Assembly (NCBI GenBank): GCA_964293995.1
Contig: CAXYYH010000003.1
Span: 5,176-69,175 of the forward strand
Origin: an uncultured Anaerolineaceae bacterium
GTDB lineage: Bacteria; Chloroflexota; Anaerolineae; Anaerolineales; Anaerolineaceae
DNA: 64,000 nt
Direction: 5' to 3'
Shown here: one piece after another, positions 28,947 through 37,388 of the stretch
Layout of the letters: every line of letters starts with the position of its first letter
How positions within the stretch are numbered: position 1 is the stretch's first letter
Position numbers and translations under genes: made by a program
The notes under the pieces: model-generated
What the model saw: the letters and a program-made list of their open reading frames with translations, nothing else
Databases searched by the model: none
Told to the model about the DNA's origin: nothing

Positions 28947-30211
28947 TGAATAACCTCAATTCCCCCCATGAAGGGTTTCAGCACTTCCGGCACCAAAATG
29001 CTGCCATCAGATTGTTGGTAATTCTCCATCACCGCGATCATGGTGCGCGGCAAACCGAGGCCTGAACCGTTCAGGGTGTTGACAAACTGGAGCGCGGAAC
29101 CATCCGCCGGGCGGTATTTAATGTTGGCGCGACGAGCCTGAAATTGGCCGATATTGGAAATGGAAGAAACTTCCAGCCATTCCTGGCAGCCAGGCGCCCA
29201 AACCTCGATGTCGTAGGTCTTGTGCGAGCCAAAGCTGAGATCGCCGGTCGATTGGAGCAGGACGCGATAGGTCAGGCCCAGTTCTTCACAGGTTTTTGCT
29301 GCGTCAGCCACCATATTATCCAGTTCCTGGCTGGCGTTTTCGGGCTTGCAGTATTTGTACATTTCGACCTTGTCGAACTGGTGACCGCGTTTCATGCCGC
29401 GCACATCGCGCCCGGCACTCATCTTCTCGCGTCGGAAACAGGCGGTGTAGGCGGTCAGGTTCATCGGCAGATCAGCTTCCTCTACCACTTCGCCCATCAT
29501 GATGCCTGTCAAAGGCACTTCGGCGGTCGGCACCCACCAAAAATCTTCCTGATGGTCGTGATAAAGGTTGTCGGCAAACTTTGGCAGTTGACCGGAGGCA
29601 AACATGACTTCTTCGCGAACCATCCAGGGCGGGTAAAACTCGCGGTAGCCCTGACGGATGTGCAGATCGAGCATCCAGAAAATGAGCGCGCGCTGCAGCC
29701 TCGCGCCGGCGCCTTCGAGGACGTAAAAACGCGTTCCGGCAAGCTTTACGCCAGCATCAAAATCAAGGATACCCAAAGCCGGGCCGAGGTCCCAGTGAGC
29801 TTTTGGTTCAAAATCGAAAGTTTTTTTCTCTCCAACGGTGCGAATGACGACATTGTCCTTGTCGTCGAGGCCGATGGGGACGTCCGCATCGGGTATGTTC
29901 GGAATCCCAGCCAGGGCATCAAACAATTCGGCTTCCACAGTCTTCAGCTCTTCGTCAAGCGCCGCAATGTTGTCTCCCAGATTGCGCATAGCCGAAATTT
30001 TGGCTTCGCGGGATTCTTTGTCCTTCATACGGCCGATTTCCTTGCTGACAGCGTTTCGTTCAGCTTTCTTGCTTTCAACATCGAGGATGAGTTCGCGCCG
30101 TTTTTCATCCAGGGCGATCACGCTATCAATAACATTGGTTTCCATATGACGTTTGGCCAGGGAATCTTTGACGAATTCTGCTTGTTCACGAATAAATTTG
30201 ATGTCTAACAT
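28943..30211 (-). CDS. serS: Serine--tRNA ligase
   Basis: MLDIKFIRE coiled-coil arm, class II core, 422 aa, RBS taggagaaacATG. Confidence 0.96.
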   Translation of the reverse strand: MLDIKFIREQAEFVKDSLAKRHMETNVIDSVIALDEKRRELILDVESKKAERNAVSKEIGRMKDKESREAKISAMRNLGDNIAALDEELKTVEAELFDALAGIPNIPDADVPIGLDDKDNVVIRTVGEKKTFDFEPKAHWDLGPALGILDFDAGVKLAGTRFYVLEGAGARLQRALIFWMLDLHIRQGYREFYPPWMVREEVMFASGQLPKFADNLYHDHQEDFWWVPTAEVPLTGIMMGEVVEEADLPMNLTAYTACFRREKMSAGRDVRGMKRGHQFDKVEMYKYCKPENASQELDNMVADAAKTCEELGLTYRVLLQSTGDLSFGSHKTYDIEVWAPGCQEWLEVSSISNIGQFQARRANIKYRPADGSALQFVNTLNGSGLGLPRTMIAVMENYQQSDGSILVPEVLKPFMGGIEVIQ

Positions 30212-30296
30212 GTTTCTCCTAAATTTTGCACATTTCCTGATAATTGTACCGCTTTGTACCTGATGATGGAAATTTTATGGCACTTGAGTTTCTCAT

Positions 30297-30366
30297 ATTA
30301 GTGCCCTGATTTTTTTCCGTTTCCTTCGGTGGAAAATCAGTTTTTCACAAACGAGAGAGGCGCAGG
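30297..30366 (+). repeat. About 70-nt direct repeat U1 (partner at 30667)
   Basis: attagtgccctgattttt..ttcc.tcg.tg.aaaa.c.gttttt.ca.aa..gaga.a..caGG aligns with 30667-30735 at roughly 70 percent identity by eye. Confidence 0.6.
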
Positions 30367-30427
30367 AAACATCAAATGTAGCATCAGTACCTTGTTATGA
30401 AGGCAGAGGCATTGATATGCATAGGCA

Positions 30428-30476
30428 GCGGACGGGGCTAATACCCTGCTACGCGGGCACAGGCCCCCGTCCGTAC
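30428..30476 (+). repeat. Family-2 hairpin repeat, copy B (forward)
   Basis: gcGGACGGGGctaATACCCTGctacgcGGGCACAGGCCCCCGTCCgtac. Confidence 0.8.
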
Positions 30477-30537
30477 AGTTTGGTGACCTATAAATGGCTT
30501 GGTCAAAGCAGGAATTTGATGTTGTCAAATACCAAAT

Positions 30538-30580
30538 GTACGGATGGGGCTAAGTGCCCTCTGGGTATGTCCCCATCCGC
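30538..30580 (-). repeat. Family-2 hairpin repeat, copy E (inverted partner of B)
   Basis: Reverse complement is gcGGAtGGGGacATACCCagaGGGCACttaGCCCCaTCCgtac. Confidence 0.75.
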
Positions 30581-30666
30581 GAGTAAGCCTATCAGAGCCT
30601 TGTAACAAAGATGTAAACATTTGAAATTCATATGTAGCTAACAGGGACATACCAGAGTTTTTCCGT

Positions 30667-30735
30667 TTTAGTGCCCTGAATTTATCTCTTTTCCTCGATG
30701 AAAACCGAGTTTTTTTCAAAAGTGAGAAACTCAGG
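30667..30735 (+). repeat. About 70-nt direct repeat U2 (partner at 30297)
   Basis: See U1. The two copies are 370 nt apart and flank the B/E doublet. Confidence 0.6.
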
Positions 30736-30785
30736 TAGCAGAAGATATAGAGTGGTTCTTCTGCCTGGAAGCAGTTTTGGGCAGC

Positions 30786-30811
30786 AGAAAAAAGCCGGAA
30801 TAACTCCGGCC
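30786..30811 (-). terminator. Rho-independent terminator after DUF4282 gene
   Basis: On the minus strand, gccggag-ttat-tccggc followed by tttttt. Confidence 0.75.
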
Positions 30812-30828
30812 TTTACGTTTTACTTTTT

Positions 30829-31128
30829 TTACTGTTTGGCTGCCATCATATTGCGGATGGCAACGAGGTGTTCATGGATCTTGAATGCCAGGATCATTAG
30901 TTCGGAGTAGATGCGGGCGATAAAGATTCCAACGACCATCGCCAGCGGACCGCCTAAAAGACCGCCAAGCGCAGGCCAAACGCTGCCCTGGTTGAATGCG
31001 GTAATGAAGCCACCGATCATGGTAACGATACCGAAAATAACCGAAGCAACGATGCTGATGTAAAACAAAATTTTGATGATCGTCGGGGTGATCATCTTGT
31101 CAAAATTTACAAGCGAACGGAAATTCAT
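30829..31128 (-). CDS. DUF4282-like small membrane protein
   Basis: The N-terminus FDKMITPTIIKILFYI is typical of DUF4282. RBS tggaggaaaaATG. Confidence 0.7.
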   Translation of the reverse strand: MNFRSLVNFDKMITPTIIKILFYISIVASVIFGIVTMIGGFITAFNQGSVWPALGGLLGGPLAMVVGIFIARIYSELMILAFKIHEHLVAIRNMMAAKQ

Positions 31129-31154
31129 TTTTCCTCCAAATTAATAAGTTTCTA

Positions 31155-31673
31155 CTATTTTACCAGCACTCCCATCTGAAAACGCATGGCGAATAAGGTG
31201 CTGATCAAACTTGGTTGATAATTGAGGAAGGATCCCTCTTCCATCATGTTCAGGATCTTTTCCTCACTGGCCCACATGACTTCGTCAACTTCTTCCGCCT
31301 GAAGGTGCAGAGATCGAAGGTCCGCGTCCATGTTCAGCAGATAAAAATCGTCAAAGCCGAATTCGAAATTGACCGTCAGGCTGGGCCTGACCTGGCTGAA
31401 ATCGCAGTTGAGCCCCAATTCTTCCCGCAATTCCAGCTGGGCCTGCTGCCAGCTGTGATTGCCTTGCTGAACGGCACCGCCAACACTCACATCCCAAAGC
31501 CCGGGCCAGCTCGCTTTGGAAATGCTCCGTTTTTGTATGAGCATTTCGCCTTTGTGGTTGAAAATGCAAATGTGAATGACGAGATGATAACGGTTCTTTG
31601 GCACGGTTGAGCCGCGAACAATCGTTTCGTTGGTCTTAATCCTTTCGCGGTCGTATAAATCCAGTATTTCCAT
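31155..31673 (-). CDS. NUDIX hydrolase
   Basis: Nudix box GGAVQQGNHSWQQAQLELREELGL. Confidence 0.85.
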   Translation of the reverse strand: MEILDLYDRERIKTNETIVRGSTVPKNRYHLVIHICIFNHKGEMLIQKRSISKASWPGLWDVSVGGAVQQGNHSWQQAQLELREELGLNCDFSQVRPSLTVNFEFGFDDFYLLNMDADLRSLHLQAEEVDEVMWASEEKILNMMEEGSFLNYQPSLISTLFAMRFQMGVLVK

Positions 31674-31807
31674 TTTTCCTCACTTCAACTTGCTTCCAGG
31701 ATTGTATCATCAGCAACCGATGAAATGAATTGATCGTTGAATCTTTTCAGGAAGCAGGGTTTGATGCTATTGTCGCTGTCGAAGCGTTGACGCCAAAATA
31801 GTCTGTT

Positions 31808-31837
31808 GGCACATAATTTTTCGGCACATAATTTTTC
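31808..31837 (+). repeat. Perfect 15-bp tandem duplication ggcacataatttttc x2 abutting the -35 of the xer-like promoter
   Basis: Read directly: 31808-31822 is identical to 31823-31837. Confidence 0.9.
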
Positions 31838-31841
31838 GCGT

Positions 31842-31870
31842 TTGACAAAGCCGGCGTTAAGGACTAAACT
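31842..31870 (+). promoter_or_regulatory. Sigma-70-like promoter of xer-like gene
   Basis: TTGACA, 17 nt, TAAACT. Confidence 0.55.
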
Positions 31871-31912
31871 TACCGTCTATCAATTCGACTATACGAAATG
31901 TTTGGAGTCAAT

Positions 31913-32848
31913 ATGAGCGAGAAAGCTGAAAGCAGCGCACACATCACCGAAAGCACCCTCCTCCAGCCAGCCATTCACGCCTGGAAGTTTTTCCTGCGTG
32001 ATCAGGGACGGTCTCATCACACGCTCAAGGCTTTTTCAGCTGATCTGATGCTTTTGGAAGAGTTTATGCCCACTGACAAGCAGATCGGGCAGATCTCGAC
32101 CAAAGACCTCGAAGATTACCTGACCTGGCTGGAAAAAGACCGTGGTGTGGCCTGCAGCCCCAAGACGCTCTCCCGCAGAATTACCTCCTTAAAATCTTTT
32201 TTCCGCTGGCTGACCCAAAACGCCGTCCTATCCGTTGATCCCGCTGAAAAGATCATTCAAAAAACGGTGGTCAGCCCTTTGCCGTTGGTTCTCAGCCCAG
32301 AGGAAGTGGAAACCGCGATCGCTGCGGCCGATTCACTCCGCAGCTCAGCCAATCCCGATCCACGTCCTTACACACTGCTCACCCTGGTGCTTGAGACGGC
32401 CCTTAAGAAGAGCGAGTGTCTTAACCTCAAGACCAATCATCTTGATATTGAAAATCCGGACGAAGCCTTTGTCTACGTCCGCTATCCCAATCAGCGCTAC
32501 CGCTTTAAAGAACGCAAAGTTAAAGTTTCCCCTGAATGGGTCAAGGCTTATCTGGAGTATGCGCAGCGCTATCAGATCAAGGATCAGGTGTTCCCCTGGT
32601 CACAACGCCGACTGGAATATCTGCTGGAAGATGTCACCAATGCAGGTCGCATGGAAAAACACATCGGCTTCGACATGCTGCGCTGGACAAGCGCCCTGAT
32701 CGATCTGACCAATGGCGTTGAGCACGACCAGATCCGCCAGAAACTGGGCATTTCCAAAATCCAATGGCGTGAAGTCAGGAGCAAGCTGCACAGTCTGGCT
32801 GCGCAAAATGGCTACAGTTTGCCCGCAGAGGAAACTGACCCGGAATAA
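31913..32848 (+). CDS. Tyrosine-recombinase (XerC/D)-like protein lacking the catalytic Tyr and most active-site residues
   Basis: Core-binding domain (TLKAFSADL..., SRRITSLKSFFRWL). The catalytic-domain scaffold is present but reads ALKKSE (Arg to Lys), DMLRW (His to Asp) and LGISKIQWREVRS (His to Ile, Tyr to Arg). GGAG lies 6 nt before the ATG at 31913. Confidence 0.75.
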   Translation: MSEKAESSAHITESTLLQPAIHAWKFFLRDQGRSHHTLKAFSADLMLLEEFMPTDKQIGQISTKDLEDYLTWLEKDRGVACSPKTLSRRITSLKSFFRWLTQNAVLSVDPAEKIIQKTVVSPLPLVLSPEEVETAIAAADSLRSSANPDPRPYTLLTLVLETALKKSECLNLKTNHLDIENPDEAFVYVRYPNQRYRFKERKVKVSPEWVKAYLEYAQRYQIKDQVFPWSQRRLEYLLEDVTNAGRMEKHIGFDMLRWTSALIDLTNGVEHDQIRQKLGISKIQWREVRSKLHSLAAQNGYSLPAEETDPE

Positions 32849-32868
32849 ACCCCCACAAGGCAGGAAAA

Positions 32869-33837
32869 ATGCAATATAAAACCCGTAACGAACGTAAACG
32901 GAAATTTCCGTTTGGATTGATCTTTCTCCTGCTTGCTCTTGGCTTGATTGCCATGGCAGGCATCAGCATTAACAAGATCCGTAATGGCCAGGATGGCTTT
33001 CTCACCAATCTCTGGCAACACGATATCAGCATCGAATCAGACCCCTATCTGAATGACAATCCCGTTCGCCTGGACGTGCCATCAGGCGTGACCAGCGTGA
33101 TGCTGCTGGGATCGGATATCGATGATTATGGCAGTTCGCGCACCGATGTGATGCTTCTTTTGGTCATGAATACCAAAACCAGCCAGTTCCATCTCTTCTC
33201 GTTCCCGCGTGATCTCTGGGTCAATATCCCCGGGGTGGGCGAGCAGCGCCTGAATACGGCTTATCCCTTCGGGGGCTATCAACTGCTCAGCGATACGCTG
33301 GCCTTAAATTTCGGTTTTCGCCCGGATCATTATGCCATGATCAATTTTGATGGCTTTAAAGAAGTAATCGAAGCCCTGGACGGGGTTGATGTCGAGATCA
33401 CCAAACAATCCGAAGACGAGTGCTTCTCCAATGACGCCCACTGGTGCGTCTGGGAACCCGGCACCTGGACGATGAACGCCCATGAGGCGCTTTGGTATGT
33501 TCGCGCGCGCAAAAACAGCTCCGACTTCGAACGCACCCGAAAAGCGCAGGAAGTGGTCAAAGCCATGGTCGAAAAAGCGCTGCAGCCGACATCCCTGCCA
33601 AATCTTGGCAATGTTTACGGTGCCATAAAGCGAAACGTTGTGACCGATATGAGCTTGGCTGATGGTTTTCTCTACTTCGTGCCCATTTCCAAATATTTCG
33701 GAGGGCCTGATATCAGCAATTATCGTATTACTGAGACGGACGCTGTGCCAGGGATGACTTCAGGCGGCGCTTCGGTGCTCTTCCCGAACATTCCCGCCAT
33801 TCAAACGGTGTTGAAACAAGCTTTATGGATTGAGTAG
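32869..33837 (+). CDS. LCP (LytR-CpsA-Psr) family cell-envelope phosphotransferase
   Basis: N-terminal TM helix; RTDVMLLLVMN, FSFPRDLWV and INFDGFKEVIEALDGV motifs. Confidence 0.88.
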   Translation: MQYKTRNERKRKFPFGLIFLLLALGLIAMAGISINKIRNGQDGFLTNLWQHDISIESDPYLNDNPVRLDVPSGVTSVMLLGSDIDDYGSSRTDVMLLLVMNTKTSQFHLFSFPRDLWVNIPGVGEQRLNTAYPFGGYQLLSDTLALNFGFRPDHYAMINFDGFKEVIEALDGVDVEITKQSEDECFSNDAHWCVWEPGTWTMNAHEALWYVRARKNSSDFERTRKAQEVVKAMVEKALQPTSLPNLGNVYGAIKRNVVTDMSLADGFLYFVPISKYFGGPDISNYRITETDAVPGMTSGGASVLFPNIPAIQTVLKQALWIE

Positions 33838-35271
33838 GTTCGGATCTGGTTTGACCAGTTCCAGATGCAAAACTTCCGGTTCATCGCCCAGCAAACGCCA
33901 TGCCTGGGCGATTCTTAATCCCGCCGCCCAGATCACGGAACCGCCGCTGGTGACCAGGGGCCACTGCCCGCGCAGGTAATGTGGGATTTTCTGGTTGATA
34001 AAGAAATCGCTTAGTTTTTGCCTTTGCAGGATCATTCCCAGAGGCGACCAACGTTCTCCGGAATTCGCGCCGCGGACGAGCATGGGCAGTTCGAGGTCGA
34101 TCGGGTTCAACCAGGCGTGATAAGGATCGGTTTTTGTCGCTTCGTCCAGTTTTTCATAAGTTGCCCGCTTCACCATTTCCGCCCTAAGTTTCCAACCATG
34201 ATCCAGGCATACCAATTTTCCCGGATACAGTTTCAAGATCGCGTCTACAGGCAATTGCGGATAGTCCTTATTGGGCAAAACAAAACCTTCTTTATAAATC
34301 GCGATCAGGTTCCCGCGCACTTCAACGACAAGCCCGGCTTTGAGATCCTGTCTTTTTGTGTCGCTGTCGATCCCATTTAGCACTCTCTCGATGATCTCGA
34401 AGCCCCAATCGCGCACATCTGGCAAAAGCGTCTGCGCGCCGAGCATTAGAAGGCGGGCCCGCAATCCGCGTGATAACGCCTGCCATTTTTCGCGGTCGAA
34501 CACCAGTGCTTGCCCGTCATATTGTTCAAGCAGGGTGGCCCGGAAAGCAAGTTCACTTGCTTCTTCAATTACTTCCTTGTCGTTGGCAATCGCTTTGGCG
34601 TTGCGCGCCGCGATCTCAGCAAAACCAGGCTGTATTCCTTCCAGAAAGGGTAAAACATCATGCCGGATGCGGTTGCGGAAGTATAGCGTACTCTGGTTGC
34701 TCTCATCTTCAATGGTCGAAATGCCGTGTTCCTGACAATAGGCGAGAATTTCAGCCTTTGGGATATCGAGCAAAGGTCGCCAGAGGGGAATTTCTTCTGA
34801 AAACTGTCCAAGCTTCTCAACTTTGCGCATACCAGAGAGACCGTCCACCCCACTACCGCGAAGAAAGTGCATCAGCACGGTCTCGACCTGATCATCCCGA
34901 TGGTGGGCGGTCAGAACGGCTTGAGCTTCAATTTTTCGAGCTGAATCAAAGAGAAAGTTGTAGCGGCAGATGCGGGCGGCTTCTTCGATACCGAGCTTGT
35001 TCAGGCGCGCGTATTCGCCCACATCGCAGCTGTCAAGCCGCAATTCCAGCTCCCAGCCTACCAGCAGTTCAACCAGTTGTTTCGCCTGGTCGGCAGAAAC
35101 TGCTCGTAACCGGTGGTCCAAATGGGCCGGGATCACCCGCCAACCGCATGACTTCAGCAGATGCAAGAGGCAAAGGCTATCCGCCCCACCCGACACACCC
35201 ACTAGCAGTGCCCTGGCAGGGTTGGGTTGGAAATTTCGGATGAATTCCTGAGCAAAGATTTGCTGTTCCAT
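33823..35271 (-). CDS. tilS: tRNA(Ile)-lysidine synthase
   Basis: PP-loop VGVSGGADS. Start at MEQQIFAQEF. The ORF-track extension to 36123 is antisense to coaE. Confidence 0.9.
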   Translation of the reverse strand: MEQQIFAQEFIRNFQPNPARALLVGVSGGADSLCLLHLLKSCGWRVIPAHLDHRLRAVSADQAKQLVELLVGWELELRLDSCDVGEYARLNKLGIEEAARICRYNFLFDSARKIEAQAVLTAHHRDDQVETVLMHFLRGSGVDGLSGMRKVEKLGQFSEEIPLWRPLLDIPKAEILAYCQEHGISTIEDESNQSTLYFRNRIRHDVLPFLEGIQPGFAEIAARNAKAIANDKEVIEEASELAFRATLLEQYDGQALVFDREKWQALSRGLRARLLMLGAQTLLPDVRDWGFEIIERVLNGIDSDTKRQDLKAGLVVEVRGNLIAIYKEGFVLPNKDYPQLPVDAILKLYPGKLVCLDHGWKLRAEMVKRATYEKLDEATKTDPYHAWLNPIDLELPMLVRGANSGERWSPLGMILQRQKLSDFFINQKIPHYLRGQWPLVTSGGSVIWAAGLRIAQAWRLLGDEPEVLHLELVKPDPNLLNP

Positions 35272-35340
35272 TCTCAAATTATAGTCGAGGAAATGCACAA
35301 ACTGATCCCAATCATCCTTTTGCCGGGTATACTTTTCCAC

Positions 35341-36417
35341 ATGGACAAAAAAGCTTTCGTAATCGGAATTACGGGCAATATCGCCTCTGGGAAGAGTGTG
35401 GTTCGCAATTTGCTCGCCAACATGGGCGCTTATACGATCGACGCCGACCTGACCGCGCAGGACGCCTACCTCCCAGGCACACCCGCCTGGCAGGCCATCC
35501 TGGAGACCTTTGGCGAAGACCTCAAGACGCGTGACGGGCAAATCAATCGCAGCAAGTTGGGACGCATCGTTTTTTCCGACCCAGACCAGCTTGCCAAACT
35601 GGAAGCGATCGTCCATCCCCATGTTACCGAAGCCATAACGGAACAGCTTCAAAATTGTTCGCGTCCGATCCTGGTCGTGGAAGCGATCAAGCTGATCGAA
35701 TCCGACGTCGCGCAGCATTGCGACCAGATCTGGACCGTTGCCGCCGATGAAAAGACCCGCCTGGACCGCCTGATCGAGCACCGTGCCCTCAGCGAAGAGG
35801 TCGCCCGCAACAAGATCAGGGCGCAATCCCCCCAGGAAGAAAAGATCGCTCGCTCGGATAAGGTCATCTGGACTGATGGGAGCTACGAACAAACCTATCG
35901 TCAGACCCTTGACGCGCTCGATCAACTCAAGCTGCCCACAAGTTACAGCTACACACAGGAAGATTACAGTGTTGAAACCCTGACGGAAGCTGATCATCCC
36001 TGGCTCAGATCTGTTTTTGAACAGCAAACAGGCAAAGAACTGGCTTATGATCAGTTTTTCCAGCTTCTGGGCGCGAAATTGGTACCTATCGTTAAAAGAG
36101 GAGGGGAAGCGATCCAGTGTCATCGCATCGGCATTCGCCAGACACTGGCTCTTTTGACCAACCAGTTCCCGATCAAAAGCGAACTAATGGAAAGCTCGGA
36201 ATCCCTGCGCCTGCTGCAATCCTGGCTGCAGGGCGCTTATGAACTCCTGATCGTTCCTGCCATCAGCATGAGCTCACGCGAAGCATGGCATGCAGCATAT
36301 CTGCCTGGAGAAGATTATGTTAATTTTTATCCAAAAGCCAGCTTTGAGAACTTTTTGAAGGAATATGGGCTTATGATCGGTGAGGTTTGGATCAGACCGA
36401 TGAACAAAAGCAAGTAA
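35341..36417 (+). CDS. coaE: Dephospho-CoA kinase with about 150-aa uncharacterised C-terminal domain
   Basis: P-loop GITGNIASGKS and DADLTAQ. The CoaE part ends near residue 200 and the remainder matches nothing I recognise. Confidence 0.85.
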   Translation: MDKKAFVIGITGNIASGKSVVRNLLANMGAYTIDADLTAQDAYLPGTPAWQAILETFGEDLKTRDGQINRSKLGRIVFSDPDQLAKLEAIVHPHVTEAITEQLQNCSRPILVVEAIKLIESDVAQHCDQIWTVAADEKTRLDRLIEHRALSEEVARNKIRAQSPQEEKIARSDKVIWTDGSYEQTYRQTLDALDQLKLPTSYSYTQEDYSVETLTEADHPWLRSVFEQQTGKELAYDQFFQLLGAKLVPIVKRGGEAIQCHRIGIRQTLALLTNQFPIKSELMESSESLRLLQSWLQGAYELLIVPAISMSSREAWHAAYLPGEDYVNFYPKASFENFLKEYGLMIGEVWIRPMNKSK

Positions 36418-36497
36418 AATTGCACTAAACACTTCTTATTTAAGCCTAATTAGCGCCAGAAGGGGTTATACTTAGATGTTTGATCAGGTGATGATAT

Positions 36498-37388
36498 ATG
36501 CAAGATCTTTGGAACAATCTCTTTTTTATTCTTGAGCGTTTTACATGGTCAAGCCTGCTTGATATTCTGCTGGTGACCATCGTATTTGGTCTATTCCTTT
36601 ACCTCCTGCGCGACACCGAAGCTCAGACGCTTCTGCGGGGCGTCTTCCTGGTCGTGATTTTGATCACCCTGCTCACCTCGCTGGTCAATCTGCCGGCTTT
36701 CAGCTGGTTGGTAAAAACCATCACCCCGGCCCTGATCCTCGCCGTGCCGGTCATTTTCACGCCGGAGATTCGGCGTGGGCTTGAACGCATGGGCAGCTTC
36801 GGCAAACTGCGGTTTTGGTTCTCCGGCCGCAACTCCAGAAGCAATCAGGAGATGGAAGAGATCCTCAATTCCGTTTCCCAGGCTGCGGCACAACTTTCCG
36901 AACGAAGGCACGGCGCGCTGATCGTGATCCGGCGGCGTGAATTTCTGGATAAGTACTATAAGAACGGCGTGATGCTCAACGCCGAGGTCACCCCTCAGCT
37001 GCTTTTGCAGATCTTTTATCCAAATACGCCCATGCACGATGGCGCTGTGATCATTTCTGAGAATCGCGTCAAAGCTGCCGGATGCGTCATGCCGCTCTCC
37101 AGCAGCGGCATCCTCAACAGCAGCATCGCCCATACCATGGGGCTGCGGCACCGGGCAGCGCTGGGCATCAGCGAGGTCAGCGACGCCCTGGCGGTGGTCG
37201 TCTCTGAAGAAACCGGAACGATCTCCATCGCCCATCGCGGCAAGCTGATTCGCAGTCTCGATGGCGAGCGCCTGCTTAACAGCATGCGTGCCATCATGAT
37301 CACCGATCTGACGCTCAAAACGAGCAAGCTCGCCTCTATCTTTAGAAAAAAAGCTGACAATGACGGAGAGGAGATAGCTGAAGAATGA
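36498..37388 (+). CDS. cdaA: Diadenylate cyclase CdaA
   Basis: Three N-terminal TM helices; DisA_N motifs HDGAVII and GLRHRAA. Confidence 0.93.
   Translation: MQDLWNNLFFILERFTWSSLLDILLVTIVFGLFLYLLRDTEAQTLLRGVFLVVILITLLTSLVNLPAFSWLVKTITPALILAVPVIFTPEIRRGLERMGSFGKLRFWFSGRNSRSNQEMEEILNSVSQAAAQLSERRHGALIVIRRREFLDKYYKNGVMLNAEVTPQLLLQIFYPNTPMHDGAVIISENRVKAAGCVMPLSSSGILNSSIAHTMGLRHRAALGISEVSDALAVVVSEETGTISIAHRGKLIRSLDGERLLNSMRAIMITDLTLKTSKLASIFRKKADNDGEEIAEE

Noticed and set aside
30212-30828. T-box leader upstream of serS (cysS and glnS also checked)
   Set aside because: No GGGTGGTACCGCG-like T-box sequence, AGAGA/GNUGNNA stem I motifs or terminator/antiterminator pair could be found by eye. cysS and glnS have leaders too short for one.
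31913-32848. Integrase marking a prophage or genomic island
   Set aside because: There are no phage, plasmid or transposon genes nearby and no flanking direct repeats. The tRNAs are more than 20 kb away. The protein lacks catalytic residues and its neighbours are housekeeping genes.
35272-36123. N-terminal 284 codons of the 766-aa ORF containing tilS
   Set aside because: The TilS PP-loop domain begins right after the internal Met at 35271, which has its own -10 element. The upstream extension is antisense to the well-supported coaE and has no recognisable features.
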